Source: Octopus sinensis (Eukaryota). From it: a DNA stretch of 64,000 bases. Positions 40,816 to 54,990 of this stretch are shown one piece after another; position 1 is the stretch's first letter; every line of letters begins with the position of its first letter. The notes under the pieces were generated by a model. The model saw only the letters and a program-made list of their open reading frames with translations. It ran no database searches and had not been told where the DNA came from. A program made the translations under genes and the position numbers. The stretch spans positions 45,260,001-45,324,000 of the forward strand of contig NC_043007.1 of NCBI RefSeq assembly GCF_006345805.1, given 5' to 3'.

Positions 40816-42009
40816 AGAAAAGGCGAGAATATATGATACAGAAAAGAAAGAGTACAGAGTTCGGTTAGTGCAAGAGCATATTTTGGGGTACAATGTTAAA
40901 GTGTAATAGAATATGAGTGGGCAGTCTTTTAATTATAAATATATTTGATTAATAATACTTCATAACTTTAACACACATAAAAGAATAATAGCACACAGAA
41001 AAAATGTCTAAGTATGTAGTTCAACGTACAAAAATAATTTGAATAATTCAAAAATAATTTGAATACGATCATACATAGAAATAGTAAACGTTTCGATTGG
41101 TTGCTTATATATCTGGATAACGAAACATTAATGTACCATGGGAGATAATGATGCGAGAGCGACTTCCTTTCGTTTCCAAACATTTACCAATGGAATGTAC
41201 GTCATCGAGATAAACTTGAATGTGTAAATAAGATAACACAGGTGACTTCAACTATTTAAATCAATAATATGCGAAGACAAGCCATATATGTATACATATA
41301 TTGCAATGCAAATGAAAACGCGAAAGTTCAGACAAATAGTCAGCTATATTTGCGTATTATAAAATATATGTAGATGTAATTTGACATACACTAAATGATA
41401 CTTGCATACGCTCAGTTACTCATTCAAATAATAGCAAAGCTAGACTTATTTTCTTTCACATAAAGAAGTGTATTTCATTCATTACCTGGAGCTCAGGAAA
41501 TGGGAGGAATAACCCTTCTAATTGCAATGTTAAGAAAGAAGGTTACGGTTTAAATTCACCCTTTAAAGATTTACATTATAGATAAAAGTATCATCTTTCC
41601 AACAAACTGCTTCTCGTACTGAGAGGAAGATAACAGGCCCAACCTAGATAAAATATTTACCGTCATATTCCGCAATCAACAGGCTTGTTTTACAAAGAGG
41701 CTAGTTTGGTAAAAAAAATCTGTCGATTACGAATTAAGTTTGGAGCTAGCTTTTTGCAAAACTAAACCAGGTGTCTTCTTCGTAGCACTTTCGCGCATGT
41801 TTCTTGTTTTCTAGAGCCCAGCTTCTTAATGCTGGAAGTGAAATGGCTGCATCTTCAGGCATACTAAAAAATATAAAGTAGAATCTAGAATCCGCAGCCA
41901 TATATCATTTATTGATTTGGCGTACGTTTTCTTTTACAGTAATTGTTAATATTCTGTTTGGTATGTGTACACAAAGACAACCAAAGGAAAGTTTTAATAT
42001 ATACTCACG

Positions 42010-42360
42010 TGTAAGCATACATACAGAGGTGATATAATGGGATAGAGAAGAGTAATTGTGCACAATTGTGGAAATTAGCTGCCCAGCGGATGTTAGCATA
42101 ATGCTGAAAATCAATGAATAAGAGAACATCTGTGCTGAACGATTGAGATTCCTGCAGTTACTCTATCCAGATTACAAGTCTAGGTTTATACCTGTAATTA
42201 TGGAGAAGCTGGGATATGTAACACACTGTCTAAATACCAATCTTCAGAAATTAGGCTTCTCAAAACCAGGAAAGAGAAAGCTAATTCGAAGTCTACAGCT
42301 CCAATCCATCAGTGAAACTGTAAAAATCTGTAATACCTTCCAGATATTTACCATTTAAAT
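42010..42360 (+). mobile_element. RLE-clade LINE endonuclease remnant
   Basis: WDREE*LCTIVEISCPADVSI..LQLLYPDYKSRFIPVI..LGYVT. Confidence 0.7.
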
Positions 42361-42594
42361 ATACATGAGGATGTCTAGATATGCAACTATATGCATGAGA
42401 ATACATACATACATACATACACACATAGAGAGGCACGTTTATGCATTTCAAAATGCAATTTAAGGGATTTTACACGTCATTTTCAAATCAGTCTATATTT
42501 TCTTTTTTTCCCTTCTCTCACTGTGTCTATCCTTCATTCCCTTCCATGAAGAGCTTACGTCCGAAAATTTTGAATATTTTAAATTCTTTTTATT

Positions 42595-42819
42595 CTTTTA
42601 CTTGTTTCAGTCATTTGACTGCGGCCATGCTGGAGCACCGCCTTTAGTCGAGCAAATCGACCCAATGACTTATTCTTTGTAAGTCTAGTACTTATTCTAT
42701 CGGTCACTTAGGCCGAATCGCTAAGTCACGGGCACGTAAACACACTAGCATCAGTTGTGAAGCGATGGTGGGGAGACAAACACAGACACAAACAAGTACA
42801 CACACATACACACACACAC

Positions 42820-42875
<56 letters not shown>

Positions 42876-43048
42876 AATATATACACGACGGATTTCTTTC
42901 AATTTCCGCCAACCAAATCCACTCACAAGAGTTTGGTGGGCCCGAGGCTATAGTAGAAGTCACTTGCCCAAGGTGCCACGCAATGGACTGAACCCGGAAC
43001 CATGTGGTTGGGAAGCAAGCTACTTACCACACAACCACTCCTGCGCCT
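42595..43048 (-). mobile_element. SINE family A
   Basis: Reverse complement of the 5121 and 36187 copies. Confidence 0.85.
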
Positions 43049-43831
43049 ATGTTAATTTCTCTTTAAACTCACACACACACGCATACACACACAAACACAT
43101 ACACACACAAACACACACACACACACTCACACACACGAAAATACATATCATGCATATACAACTATACACACATAGACACGCGCACGGCAGTTACGGGATT
43201 TGGTTACATCTGGGTCTGTTATGCACTTCAATCCGATCTCAGTTGATTTTACCCCCTGGATCTTTCGATATCCGGTTAAACGAGAAAGAAAAACAAAGCT
43301 CCCATGGTGGAGGAATTGACATAATTTTTTCTATCCCCACCACCACAAATTTTCTATTGCAAAAAGTTAGTCTAGAAGCGTAGAGAGAGAGAGACAAAGA
43401 GCCAAGATATTTGCAAGTTCCAGCCATTACAAGAGAACATGGAAAGTTAAAATACGTTACTGAATAGAAAACTTGCTGTTTAGATCCTTCATTCTAAAGT
43501 CTGGATTCATATCGGCCTGAGGAGCTAAACTATGCATTTCAGCTTTCCGTGATCGACAAAATCTGAGCAAGGCAAATAGCAGTAGATGTTAAATAAATTT
43601 TTCCTGTATACGCAAATCCTATTGATATGCATGTATGTTAGAAATACGTATTAAATATATTTTATGAATGTATGTATGTACGTATATATATATATATATT
43701 ATATATATATATATATATGTATATTAAATTTTAAAAATGAGGGTGATAAATTGAATATTAATTTAATTAACTTCAATTTAAAAGCAGTGGCCTAGCATAT
43801 AGAAAAATCTAAAACTTCAGAAAAATTGTAT

Positions 43832-43970
43832 TACATGCGTAGAAGAAGAGATAACCACTAAGTGGATATCCAATATGCTAGAAATAGACCACCTGCGATT
43901 AGATCGTAGGTGATCTATTTCAAGCATATTGGATGTTCACTTAGTGGTCATCCCTTCTTATACGCACGTA
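43832..43970. repeat. Imperfect inverted repeat (about 68-bp arms, 3-nt loop), near (TA)n tracts
   Basis: tacatgcgtagaagaagagataaccactaagtgg..cacctgcgat against atcgtaggtg..cacttagtggtcatcccttcttatacgcacgta. Confidence 0.9.
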
Positions 43971-44039
43971 TATATATATTTATACGTGTGTGTGTGTGTA
44001 TAAATGCTTATGTATATATATATATATATTATTATATAT

Positions 44040-44084
<45 letters not shown>

Positions 44085-44087
44085 ATG

Positions 44088-44282
44088 TCCTCCACTATCA
44101 CTAACAACCGATGACGATGTATTTACGATCCCGTAAACCAGCGTTTCGGCAAAAGACACCAATAGAATAACTACCAGGCTTGAAAAAGTATATCAATACT
44201 AGGGTTGATTCCTTCGACTAAAATTCTTCAAAGTGGTGCTCCAGCATGGCCGCTGTCCAATGACTGAAACAAGTAAATGATA
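44088..44282 (+). mobile_element. SINE family A, 3' half
   Basis: caaccgatg..ttcggcaaaagacacc..ctccagcatggccg. Confidence 0.75.
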
Positions 44283-44336
44283 AAGTATATATGTATATGT
44301 GTGTGTGTGTGTGTGTGCGCATGTGTGTATGTGTGC

Positions 44337-44381
<45 letters not shown>

Positions 44382-45237
44382 ATCTTGGTACATACGTAAT
44401 TTCCAGAGGAAAGTGTGTTTACTTTGTATCATTTTATCGTTAGAGGGCCAAAACAACTTTTGGAAAAGGGTTAGAAATATTGCCCCCAAAACCTTAGCAA
44501 TTCTAAATATATGCTGTATACCCAAACGTATTCCCGTATTTTTGCCGACTATTAATACCTATGTTCAGCTGATAGTAGTTAGATGCAGATGACTGCAAAA
44601 TTAAAAATATCTCAAACTTGACAGAATATGAAGAAATAAGTCAAATGGAACAAAAAAGAAAAAAAAAAGCAATGCTGCCAAAATAATAAAACGAAGAAGA
44701 AATCCATTAACAACTTAAAATATTTTCTTCACTGGTGAACAATAGCGCCGTCATTGTTTGCGTGAGTCGTCGATCTACTATATATATATATATATACAAA
44801 GGAAGGAGTGAGAAATTGGCCTATGTAACTGATCGTAAAATGAATTCCTGAATGGAATTTGTTTGGGAATGGACACTTCCGAATTTAAGGTGTCACTTCT
44901 GAATATGTTATATGTCTAGTCGACATGCTTCGGCAAAAACAGACACACACACGAACACACTAACGCGCGCGCGCACACACACGCTCTCACACCCATACAC
45001 ACACAGATACACACAGATACACACACACACACACGCGCGCGCGCGCGCGCAAAACTATTTAAATTCATATATGTAAGAACATGTAAACAAACTTATTTTG
45101 CTTTCAGAAGCGGGGAATATCCGTATAATACGATATATAACGGGAAGCTTTATGAAAATAAACAAAAGACGAAGGCAGGTGGAAAACAAACGAACAATTG
45201 TATTAGTATGGCGCTCAGGAAATATAAATAAAACAAG

Positions 45238-45275
45238 TCTTTAACGTTTCGAGCCTACGCTCTTCAACAGAAAGA
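45238..45275 (-). ncRNA. Minimal hammerhead motif in the 3' terminus of the Penelope-like element (H4)
   Basis: Reverse complement TCTTT-CTGTTGA-A-GAGC gtag GCTC-GAAA-CGTT-AAAGA; same sense as the ORF; A6 replaced by U. Confidence 0.7.
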
Positions 45276-45699
45276 TACACAGAGAGAGAAAAACACAGAA
45301 AGAAGGAGAGAAAAAAAATGCGTGCAGTAGCTAACGAATCAACATGGCGATCTGATTTCGGCCAGAGGTCAAAGATCAACATGAGACGCGAGAGCGAAAT
45401 AAGGGGATATAATAGGGTTGATAAAAGGGTTGAGGGACCAGCTAAAGTGCGTGGGAGGGGTCTGGATGTGTGTATGTATAGGGTTGGTGTATGTATTAGT
45501 ATGTTATAAGGGTGTTGTGTGTGTTGGTGTGTGTATGAGAGAGTATAGTGCGTAGGATTGGTCTGGACGTGCGTATGTATGGGGTTGGTGTATGTATTAG
45601 TATGTATTAGTATGTATTAGTACGTATTAGTATGTATTAGTTGGTGTGTGTATTAGTATGGCACATCATATGTGATGTAGTGTAAAGTCATGTGTGTAG

Positions 45700-46020
45700 T
45701 GAGGAGAAGAGGGGGAGGGGGAGAAGAGGGGGAGGAAGGGGGAGGGGGAAGAAGAAGGGGAGAGAAGGGGAGAGAGGAGAGGATGGGGGAGAAGGAACGG
45801 GATGGGGGGATGAAGGAGAAAGAGGGAGAGGGGGAAAGAGAAGGGGAGAGAGGGAGTGAGGGAGCAGAGGGAAGGGGAAGAGGGAGGGAGAAAGAGGGAA
45901 GAAGGGAAGGGGAGTAGGGGTGAAAGGATGAAGGACTGAAGAAGTAGGGGTCGGGGGGAAAGGATAGGTGAGGAGGGGGAGAGGGGGGTTAGATGAGGAG
46001 GGGGGGGGGGGAGTTGAGAC
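45700..46020 (+). repeat. Polypurine G/A-rich tract in the Penelope 3' UTR
   Basis: Almost exclusively G and A with many G-runs. Confidence 0.85.
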
Positions 46021-49000
46021 CAAATGGCGTATAAGAGCGAAGAGAGAAGATTAATTCCTGTTCACGGCGCAAACGGGAATCCGGATGGCCTCTGTGTAAG
46101 GACAAACCGAACACAGATAGGTGTTGCAAGGAGTGACCGGTGGAGCGGAAATGGCGTGAGACCGGTGTGTCGTTCGCAAGGTGGATGTCACGAAGGTGTT
46201 CCGCGAACCGGTCAGCCAAGCGGCGTCCCGTTTGTCCGATGTACAAGGAATTGCAGAGAGAGCAAGAGATGCAATAGATAATATTGCTGGAGGTGCAGGT
46301 GAAGGAGTGGATGATGGGATAGGGTCGATGGTGGGTGCTAGTGAGGCGGGTGGTGTTGGAGAGGTAAGGGCAAGTGCGGCAACGTGGGCGGGAGCAGGGG
46401 AACGAGCCGGGTTGGGAGGTAGGGTCAGGGAAACCAAAAGGTCTCGAAGGTTGTGGGCTCGTTTGAAAGAGGGGAGGGGTCGGTTAGGGAAGAGGTGTGA
46501 AGTGGACGGGTCGGACTGGAGATGACGGAAAGCTCGAAGAATGGTGCGTTGGAGACGTAGGGTCGTGGGGTGGTAAGTGGGGCGGGTTCGGGGAGAGAGA
46601 GCAGATACACGGTCCACGGACCGTGCTCTGGCAAGGGCGGTGTGGATAGTGGTGAGGGGGTATCCACGTAGGGTGAAGTGGTGAGCCATACGTTGAGACT
46701 GAGTCTCAAAGTCATGGTCGTCACTACAGAGCCTACGTAGACGGAGGAATTGGGAATAGGGGATGGAAAGCTTGGTGTGTTCTGGGTGGGAGGAAGAGAA
46801 GTTGAGGTATGAGTGTGAGTCTGTGTGTTTGTAGTGAATGGAGGTGGTAAGAGTGGAGTGAAGAATGCTAACCGAAATGTCGAGGAAGGAGACAGAGGTG
46901 TTGGAGATAGTGGAAGTGAAGTGGAGGGCTGGATGGAAAGATTGGACGAAAGAGAGGAAGGAATCTAGATGTTCGCGGGAGAGTGAGGTGGCACCGATAA
47001 TGTCGTCAATATAACGACCATATAGTTCAGGAGTGGGACCAGTGAAATAGAGAATATTTGGGCCTCAACATAGCCAACGAACAGGTTCGCATAGTTGGGG
47101 CCCATTCGCGTTCCCATGGCCACTCCCGAGACCTGATGGTAGAACTCGCCCGCGAACGAGAAGCAGTTCAGAGTAAGGACAAGTTCGGCCAGACGAATGA
47201 GTGTGGAGGTGTCAGGTACAGGGTTAGAGCGGAGGTCAAGAAAGTGTCGAAGGGCCTGCAGTCCTTCGTGGTGAGGGATAACAGTATAGAGGCTTTGGAT
47301 GTCCATAGTAAAAAGGATTTTGGAGGAGCCGGGAGGAAAGGAGAAAGAGTTGAAAAGCCGGAGAGCATGGTTGGTATCGTGGATGTGGGAGGGAAGAGAT
47401 GCCACTAGGGGGGCAAGGACACGGTCGAGGTATTTAGAGATGAGCTCCGTGGGGCAGTTACAGGCGGAGACGATGGGGCGGCCAGGTTGTTGGTTTGTGG
47501 ATTTTGGGGAGGAAGTAAATGGTGGGGGTACGTGGGGTTCGCACAATTAGGTGGATGCGGTGCGGGGGAGACGGGAGGACGAGATGAGGTCTTGGACAGT
47601 AGAGGATACCGTCTGTTGGTAGCTACGTGTGGGGTTAGAGGGCAGAGGGGAATAGAAGGAGGTGTCATTGAGTTGGCGGAAAGCCTCGGCCCTATAGAGG
47701 TCCGCGCGCCACACCACTACAGCTCCACCCTTGTCAGCCGGTTTGATGATAATGTCAGCGCGCCGTTGGAGGGAACGAGAGCCAAGAGCCAGCTCAGCCG
47801 GGGAGATGTTGAGGCGGCGTTGGCGCCTGGAGAAGTTGACCGCTCCAATGCACGCTGACAAGCGCCCGCGAAAAGATCCACTGCTAGGATCTGGCCAGGG
47901 GCAGGCGTCCACGGGGATGGTCGGCGGCCCCAGGCAGTGAAGCAGTCGTCCTCTTCGTTGGGTGTGGGTGGCGAGTCGTGGTAATGCGCACCCAACCGGA
48001 CACGGCGCACAAAGCTGTGGACATCAACTCGCGTCTGGAATTCCTTACAGGATGGAGTGAGGGGGATGAAACGCAGACCCCTACCAAGGACGGAGCGTTC
48101 AGCCGCAGAGAGGGGAAGATCGGGGGGAATGGTAACAACAGACGGAAGTGGAGAAGGGGTGGGTGGAATAGAAGTAGGAGGGGTGGTAGGTCTCGTGGAG
48201 GTCTGAGGGGGGGATTGGGGAGGTGTGTGGGGGGTGGTTGGGCGGGGCGGTGGGGGTTAGGTGTAGGTGGATGGAGCCTAACGGGAGGGGAGAAGGGGTT
48301 GTAGGGAGGGGCAGTGGGGTTAGGTGTGGGTGGATGGAGCCTATCGGGAGGGGAGAAGGGTGGTGGAGGAGTTGGGGTAGTGGCGTCGGGTAGGGTGGAA
48401 TGGAAGAGTGATTGGAGTTTACGAAGTTTGGTATCAGAAAGAAATTGATGGAAGAGTTGATTCAAATGGAATGAATGAAGCGTAGCGTGTTTGGAGCATA
48501 GAGAGGCGGCAGAGAGGAGAAGAAGGTGGAGAAAGCAGAGGAAGAAGGCGGTTGATGGCATGTAGTTTGGAGAGATTGGAGCAAATGGTGGCCCGCATAA
48601 GGCGGTAAGATGTGGTGCGGAGTATGGTAAGATGGAAGAATCCGAGTGGAGAGCAGGGTGGAAGTGGAGGCGGAAACCTTAGGGATGAGTCGGTGATGTA
48701 GGCAGCGGCTTAGGAAAGAGACATGGCTAGAGAAGCGGGTTTTTTTAAAAAAAAGTAGAGAGAGATTAACGGACGGCTGAAGGCAATATACAGGAAGCGA
48801 ACGTAGATGATCCTTCAAACGGTGATGGAGGGTGAGGAGGTAGGACCTAGGATCCGCATGATGGGATAGGGAAAAAAAACGTTCGAAAAAACAAAAAAAC
48901 AAAAACCAAAAATTATCGTATGAAAAAAATAGAAAAAAAGGATAGCGAAAAAAGGGGAAAAAACAAACGTTCAAAAAAACAAAAAAATAATAATCGTATG

Positions 49001-49318
49001 AAAAAACTAGATAAGTAAGCGATAGGGGCAGAAAAGACGGGGCAAACGGAAAAGGGAAAGAAAGAAGGGAAGCAGAGAGAGGGGGAGGCAAAAAAAGGGG
49101 GGTGCAGGCAGAGGAAACGGAGTATGGACATCCAAGAGGGAAGAAAGACGGAAAGGAGAACAAAAATTCAGGAAAATGTGGAAAGCATGAAATGAATGTA
49201 AAAAGTGGTAATATAAGAGAAAATAAAAATACAACAAACGGGACAGTTTATGCGAACAAGTTCAAGGTTGAAAGTTCAAGGTGAGAAATGTGTAGACGTC
49301 GTGGTATATTTTTTAATA

Positions 49319-49363
<45 letters not shown>

Positions 49364-49874
49364 GTCTCTGCCCTTCTGTCAGTCAATCTGATTGTCTGTC
49401 TGTCTCTGACTCTCTCTCTCTCTTTCTTAATATATATACGACGGATATTCAAACAATTTAGGCTTACCCAATGTGAGGCGTGTAGTGGAATTGAAACAAA
49501 AGCGACGGGATAGGAAACATAACTTCTTCAGAACATTATTCATCAACTTATTCACATTACAGATTTGCGTTTCAGCAGAGGAACATAATTAAGCAAAATC
49601 AGGTTAATGCAACAATCAGCCTCTTGTATGTATGTGTGTGTGGGTGGGGGTGGGGGGGTCAGGAATTCACGGTTACACATCTGTCAATCTAGGCAAGAAA
49701 TCTTAACATTGCTCTATATTGTCTTGCTCAAAAGCAGTTAGCCACTGGTCACGCTTAGGGGAATATTTAAAAAGGAACGGGTCAAATTAAAATAAGGGTT
49801 ATGTTGTGACCTAAGAGTGCAATATTTTCATAGTAGGTGACCACATACGCACAAACACAAATATCTATCTATCT

Positions 49875-49922
<48 letters not shown>

Positions 49923-49958
49923 CCTAGCTATCTATCTTTCTTCTTTATTCTATGTATG

Positions 49959-49991
<33 letters not shown>

Positions 49992-50037
49992 TATATATTA
50001 TATATGTATGTGTGTGTTTGTGTGTGTGTGTGTGTTT

Positions 50038-50350
50038 AGGCGCAGTCGTGGTAGTGTTGTAACAAGTTTGCTTCCCAACCACATAATTCCGGCTTCAGTC
50101 CCATTGTGTGACAACTTGGGTAAGTGTCTTCTGCAATGGCCCTTGTGAGGGGACTTGGTCGACGGAAACTGAAAGACGCCCGTCGTATATATAGATGTAT
50201 ATATTTATGTGATTGCGTCTTTGTGTCTGTGTGTGTCCACTTCATCACTTGGCAACAGAAGTTGATGTGTTTAGTCCACGTAAAGAGACGGATGATAAAA
50301 TAAGTACCAATCTTACCAAGTTAAGATCTGGAATCGATTTATTCAATTGA
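50038..50350 (+). mobile_element. SINE family A, degenerate (a further head fragment at 50655-50812)
   Basis: aggcgcagtcgtgg..gtaagtgtcttctg..gacggaaactgaaaga. Confidence 0.7.
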
Positions 50351-50480
50351 AACCCTACTTATGCAAATATTGTGCACAAATACATGTCTATATGTGTGTC
50401 TGTGTGTTTGTGTACATGGTGCATAGTATATTTTTTCAGTCACGGGTTTTGGCTTGAGCAGTCATTATGTGCAGCCATCA

Positions 50481-50565
<85 letters not shown>

Positions 50566-51565
50566 GTCTGTATGCCTGTCTGTCTGTTTGTCTGTCTGTG
50601 TGTCTGCCTGTCTGCCTGTCTGTCTGTCTGTCTGTCTGTCTATCTGTCTATGTGTAATAGGCACAGATATGGCAGTGTAGTTAAGGAGTTCCCTTTGAAC
50701 CACGTTGTGTTAGGGGTACAGTCTCACTGCGCAGCACATTTACCAAATTTCATCTACCATAGCTCCGGGGCGACCAATGCTTTATAAGTAGATTTGGTAC
50801 ACGGAAAAAAATCCCTTCCATGACATCGACTTATACACGTGTGGATATGGTTGGACAAAGCAATACTTTACTTCGTTGTGTCTCCAAATAATGTTTGCAG
50901 TAACAGTTGGTACTTTACACGTTCTGTCCTCTACCAGACACTCACTCTCGAGTACATTTGGGATATGATGGGAGTTCTGCATGAAAAAATATGTGCTTTA
51001 TACCATGTACACACACACGTACGCACAGACACACGAACACACACACACGTGTATAACTGTATAATGAATGTTTCAGTATGCACATGCATTTATGTGTAAA
51101 TACATACATGTATGTGTATGTGTATATGTGTATGTGCGTGTGGGTGTCTTTGAGTGTGAGTGTATGTTGACTCTCAAGTCGTGGCTTTTGTATTCGTTTG
51201 AACGCGAATGGCCACAGAAAATGGTGGAAAGTAGAATTCAGAACACCTGGAACATATACACAAGGCTATCAAAAAACAGAAACGCATTATACGTTTAACC
51301 TTCCCTCCCACTGCCCTTCTCTCTTTCTTTCTTTCGTTCTTTCTTTCGTTCTTTCTTTCTTTCCTTCTATATTTTTTCTTTCTTTCTTTCCTCTTTTCTT
51401 TCTTTGTCTCCCTCTCTCTCACGCCCGCGTACATGCACACACACGCACACACAAACACACACACATCGTTTTATTAAAATTACGATGTGGAAATAACGTA
51501 GTTTATGCATTAACTTAAAAAAAGAGTATTTATCATACTTGTGTGAGGGGTGCGTGCATGTATGT

Positions 51566-51619
<54 letters not shown>

Positions 51620-51652
51620 GTGTATGTGTGTGCGTGTGTTTATATGTGTGTG

Positions 51653-51699
<47 letters not shown>

Positions 51700-53675
51700 G
51701 TACACACATCTGTGTGTGTAAGTGTGTATGTGTGTGTAAATAACTTCGTGTTTGTGTGTATCATTGCGCATGCTATCAAAGGCTATATTGAAATATACTG
51801 TTTCGCTATAGGTTTGCTACTGGTACGTATCACATCGATTATACGAAGAACAAGAAACAAACGGATTGAAATATATATATATAATGTTCGGTGTGGTAAA
51901 TAAGTATATAAAAGCACACAAAATTTCAGTTCCGCACAGATTCGAGCAGCGAATTATGCAAATCCACTATGTTAAATTGGGGAAAAGATCACTCATCTAC
52001 GCATTGACTACATAGTGGCTCGGACCAATCAAAAGAAACCTAACAGAAACAGATGTTGCAGACATGACTCAACCTTTCGCCAAACGTTCTAAATTAAAAC
52101 TCATCTCTTTGTTTACTGATCATTACACTTAAACAGCTACTTACACGGACCTATTGATCCATTTATATTACTGTTAAACCGTTAATATCCTACTGCACAC
52201 GTTTTCTCTCTGACACAGACTTATTATACACACACACGCATATATATGTATGATTATCTGTGTGTATATATATGTGTGCGTGCGTTTGTGTATGTATATA
52301 TTATATATATATACATACACAAGCGCACGCACACAATTATATATATATATATATATTGTTGTTGTTGCTGCTGACGATATTTGTAAATTGCCTTCTTTAA
52401 TTTCGTTTCGGAATTGTTATTTTTTTTTATCATTTGTACATTTTGTGCAATCATGTGAATCCAATAGAAACGCAACCTTATCAATTGGAAAATTCTATGT
52501 GATTCAAATATATGAAGTAGATATTAGCACAGACGTTTTCTCTCTGTGCTATTTCCCTTCTCTCATTCTCTCTCTTTTTCTCTCTCTCACTCTCTGTCTC
52601 TCTGTCTCTGTCTTTCTGTTTCTCTCTGTTTCACACACTTTTACTGGAAATGTGAGGGTACCAATGTAACTCATTTTTAAAGAAAAGCAAACATTTATTC
52701 TATTTACATTATTATTTTGAGCATAAAATCTCATATTCATGAATAAAAAAATCAAACTAGTGATACTAGCAAAATTGAAACAATTTTAATATAGCGAATA
52801 CATCAGAACTTGAAATAGATTATATAACCAATAATAAATACGCACACATAAACAACAATGTTTAAAAACTATACCCAGGTTTTTATTTCATGATAGGTGT
52901 CGCTATAATAATTATAGTCCCTCTAGCCAAATATATATATTACCTATAGCCAAATAAATAAGGTACTATTCGTCAGAGTTTGTGTAGTGCACTGAAATCT
53001 ACTACATGCCACGTCACCGTTATACCACTTTGCAATTTGTTTTGTTTGTACTTCACCTCATATCTCTGGCAGGATTAATTAAATCAGCATTTTTCAGAAT
53101 TGCGAATGATTATCCTAAATTCTAAAGGGTTCCGACAAAAATTACATAATTTGGAGCAAGATATCTGACTAGTTTAACCAATTAGTACAAATATCTAATT
53201 AGTGTAACCGATCTCAGTAGTAAAGTTGTGGAATGACGGATCAGCACGTGAACACTTGATCCGCAATAAATAATACTTTATATATCTGTCAAAGCCTTTC
53301 ATGCTGTTTTTAAGAAGTGTATATCTGATGTGACCCTAACGTAGCTGCACATAGAAAAAAAGAACAGTATACACATGGCTGCAATGTAATTGATAATAGG
53401 ATTGTACACTCGGTATTATGGTGGTCGCTTTATCGGCTATAAATTGTATTCAAGTCTCTTTTACGTCAACTCTAGTCATCTTAGGTAAAGGGTGCAATGC
53501 TATCTAAAACGGAATGCAATTAGCTGGAATGCCTTTGAGCATAACCCTACTCAATTATTGCTGATCTCGAGATAATTACCATCAAGAATTAGTTCAAATT
53601 TCTTCAGAAAATAAATAAAATTAATCGAATACAGTTGTCTCAGAACTTAAGGAGACATATATTCAGAACGTAAGG

Positions 53676-53711
<36 letters not shown>

Positions 53712-53715
53712 GTAC

Positions 53716-53749
<34 letters not shown>

Positions 53750-53761
53750 ATAAATTTTGGA

Positions 53762-53970
53762 GATGGAGATGTACTTGCATAGCAAGAGACCTGATCTGAG
53801 ATCGTGTGCGGAAACAAAAACAATTGCAATGTGGAATGTGTATATAAGCCATTTGAAAAACAGAAAAAAAACCCCGTTAGATTCACTTCAACATTTCAAT
53901 TTAATTTGTCAATATATTTTCGTTGCTTTGAGACCACGACCTGTTCACTGACAAAATTCCGTGCTGCATG
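53762..53970 (-). mobile_element. Family E element (contains H5 motif at 53905-53955)
   Basis: Reverse complement of the motif: TTTGTCA-GTGAACA-G-GTCGT-loop-GCAAC-GAAAATATAT-TGACAAA. Confidence 0.8.
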
Positions 53971-54076
53971 TGAGAAAGTAACAGTTAGTTCATGAGATAT
54001 ATATATACATACATACATATATATATATATATATTATATATATATATATATAATATATATATATATATATAATATA

Positions 54077-54117
<41 letters not shown>

Positions 54118-54399
54118 ATATGTGTGTCTGTTCAAGTTGTATATATGACCGTTACTCCGTCGAAGCTTGTATACATATCAGCTATGTGCTGTATAGTTTT
54201 CATGACAACTATACAACACATAGCTGATTCTATCCAGAGCAGTGTAAAGGTTATGTTGACTAACCCTCCAAACGTCTCCTAAATATTGAGCTGTAGATAG
54301 AAAATACTATGATTAACGGAACTGTTACTCTATCACACTGTTCACTCCACTCACACTATTTTAAACCTACGGCTAAACCACTGGTAATTCGTAGTGACT

Positions 54400-54990
54400 T
54401 AGCGATGTCAAGTACTACCAAAATCAGCAAAATCAACATCCACGTGGCAGACTTAGAATACTGAAGAACGTATCCCCACTACGCCAACCACAAGAACAAT
54501 AACAACACTTCCAGCACTACGTATTCCGAATGCAACGTTTCAGTTACACACAGTACAATAGAATCAGAGCGAAAACAAGATCCGAACGCATTCTAAGAGA
54601 TGACGAAAACGATAGATGCCTTCTATAAGGCAACAAGTTCTGGAATAGGTTGGAGAAGGACACCAACAAAAGAAATAAAAATATTACTTGGTATGATAAC
54701 AAGAAGTTCCCACAGTGAAATGTTCGTTGACGCTATCAATGATAGGTTCAAAGGACACCTGGACAACTACCTTGAAAAAGAAACAAAATCCATCTTCTAT
54801 CAGCAATCTGTAGACTGCCGCAATGGCTCCTTAGGGAGACTTAAGTTAGACAGCTTATCTGCACATCCCACTGATGCAATGCTGAGACATGTCACTGAAG
54901 CTGTCTCTATACAAGAATACAAACCCACACACAGCCGTAAATCCGAATGGGGTAACATGCAGATTCCACTCGGGAGTACCCATCTATGAT
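54400..54990 (+). mobile_element. Penelope-like GIY-YIG endonuclease remnant
   Basis: ORF 54600-54989: DRFKGHLDNYL..SIFYQQSVDC..MLRHVTEAVSIQEYKPTHSRKSEWGN resembles the C-terminal half of PLE GIY-YIG domains. Confidence 0.6.

Larger units (their letters stand above)
45110..49310 (-). mobile_element. Penelope-like retroelement, near full length, frameshifted
   Basis: N-terminal SHVSFLSRCLHHRLIPK, Pro-rich linker, IIIKPADKGGAVVVW, RT motifs GRPIVS, LFTMDIQSLYT, GVAMGTRMGPNYANLF and YGRYIDDI, GIY-YIG MYIGQTGRRLADRFAEH..RLRREQELIF; about six frameshifts; GC-rich. Confidence 0.92.

Noticed and set aside
43860-43945. GTGAACA..GAAA in the 43.9-kb palindrome as another G3:C8 hammerhead
   Set aside because: No stem I or stem II pairing can be formed.
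45688-48304. Gly/Glu/Arg-rich plus-strand ORFs and the Pro-rich ORF at 45688-46023
   Set aside because: Antisense frames of the Penelope element, or low-complexity UTR sequence.
45125-49328. Shared 14-mer taatacgatatata near both ends of the Penelope element as a TSD
   Set aside because: AT-rich, partly (TA)n, and the element boundaries are not defined well enough.
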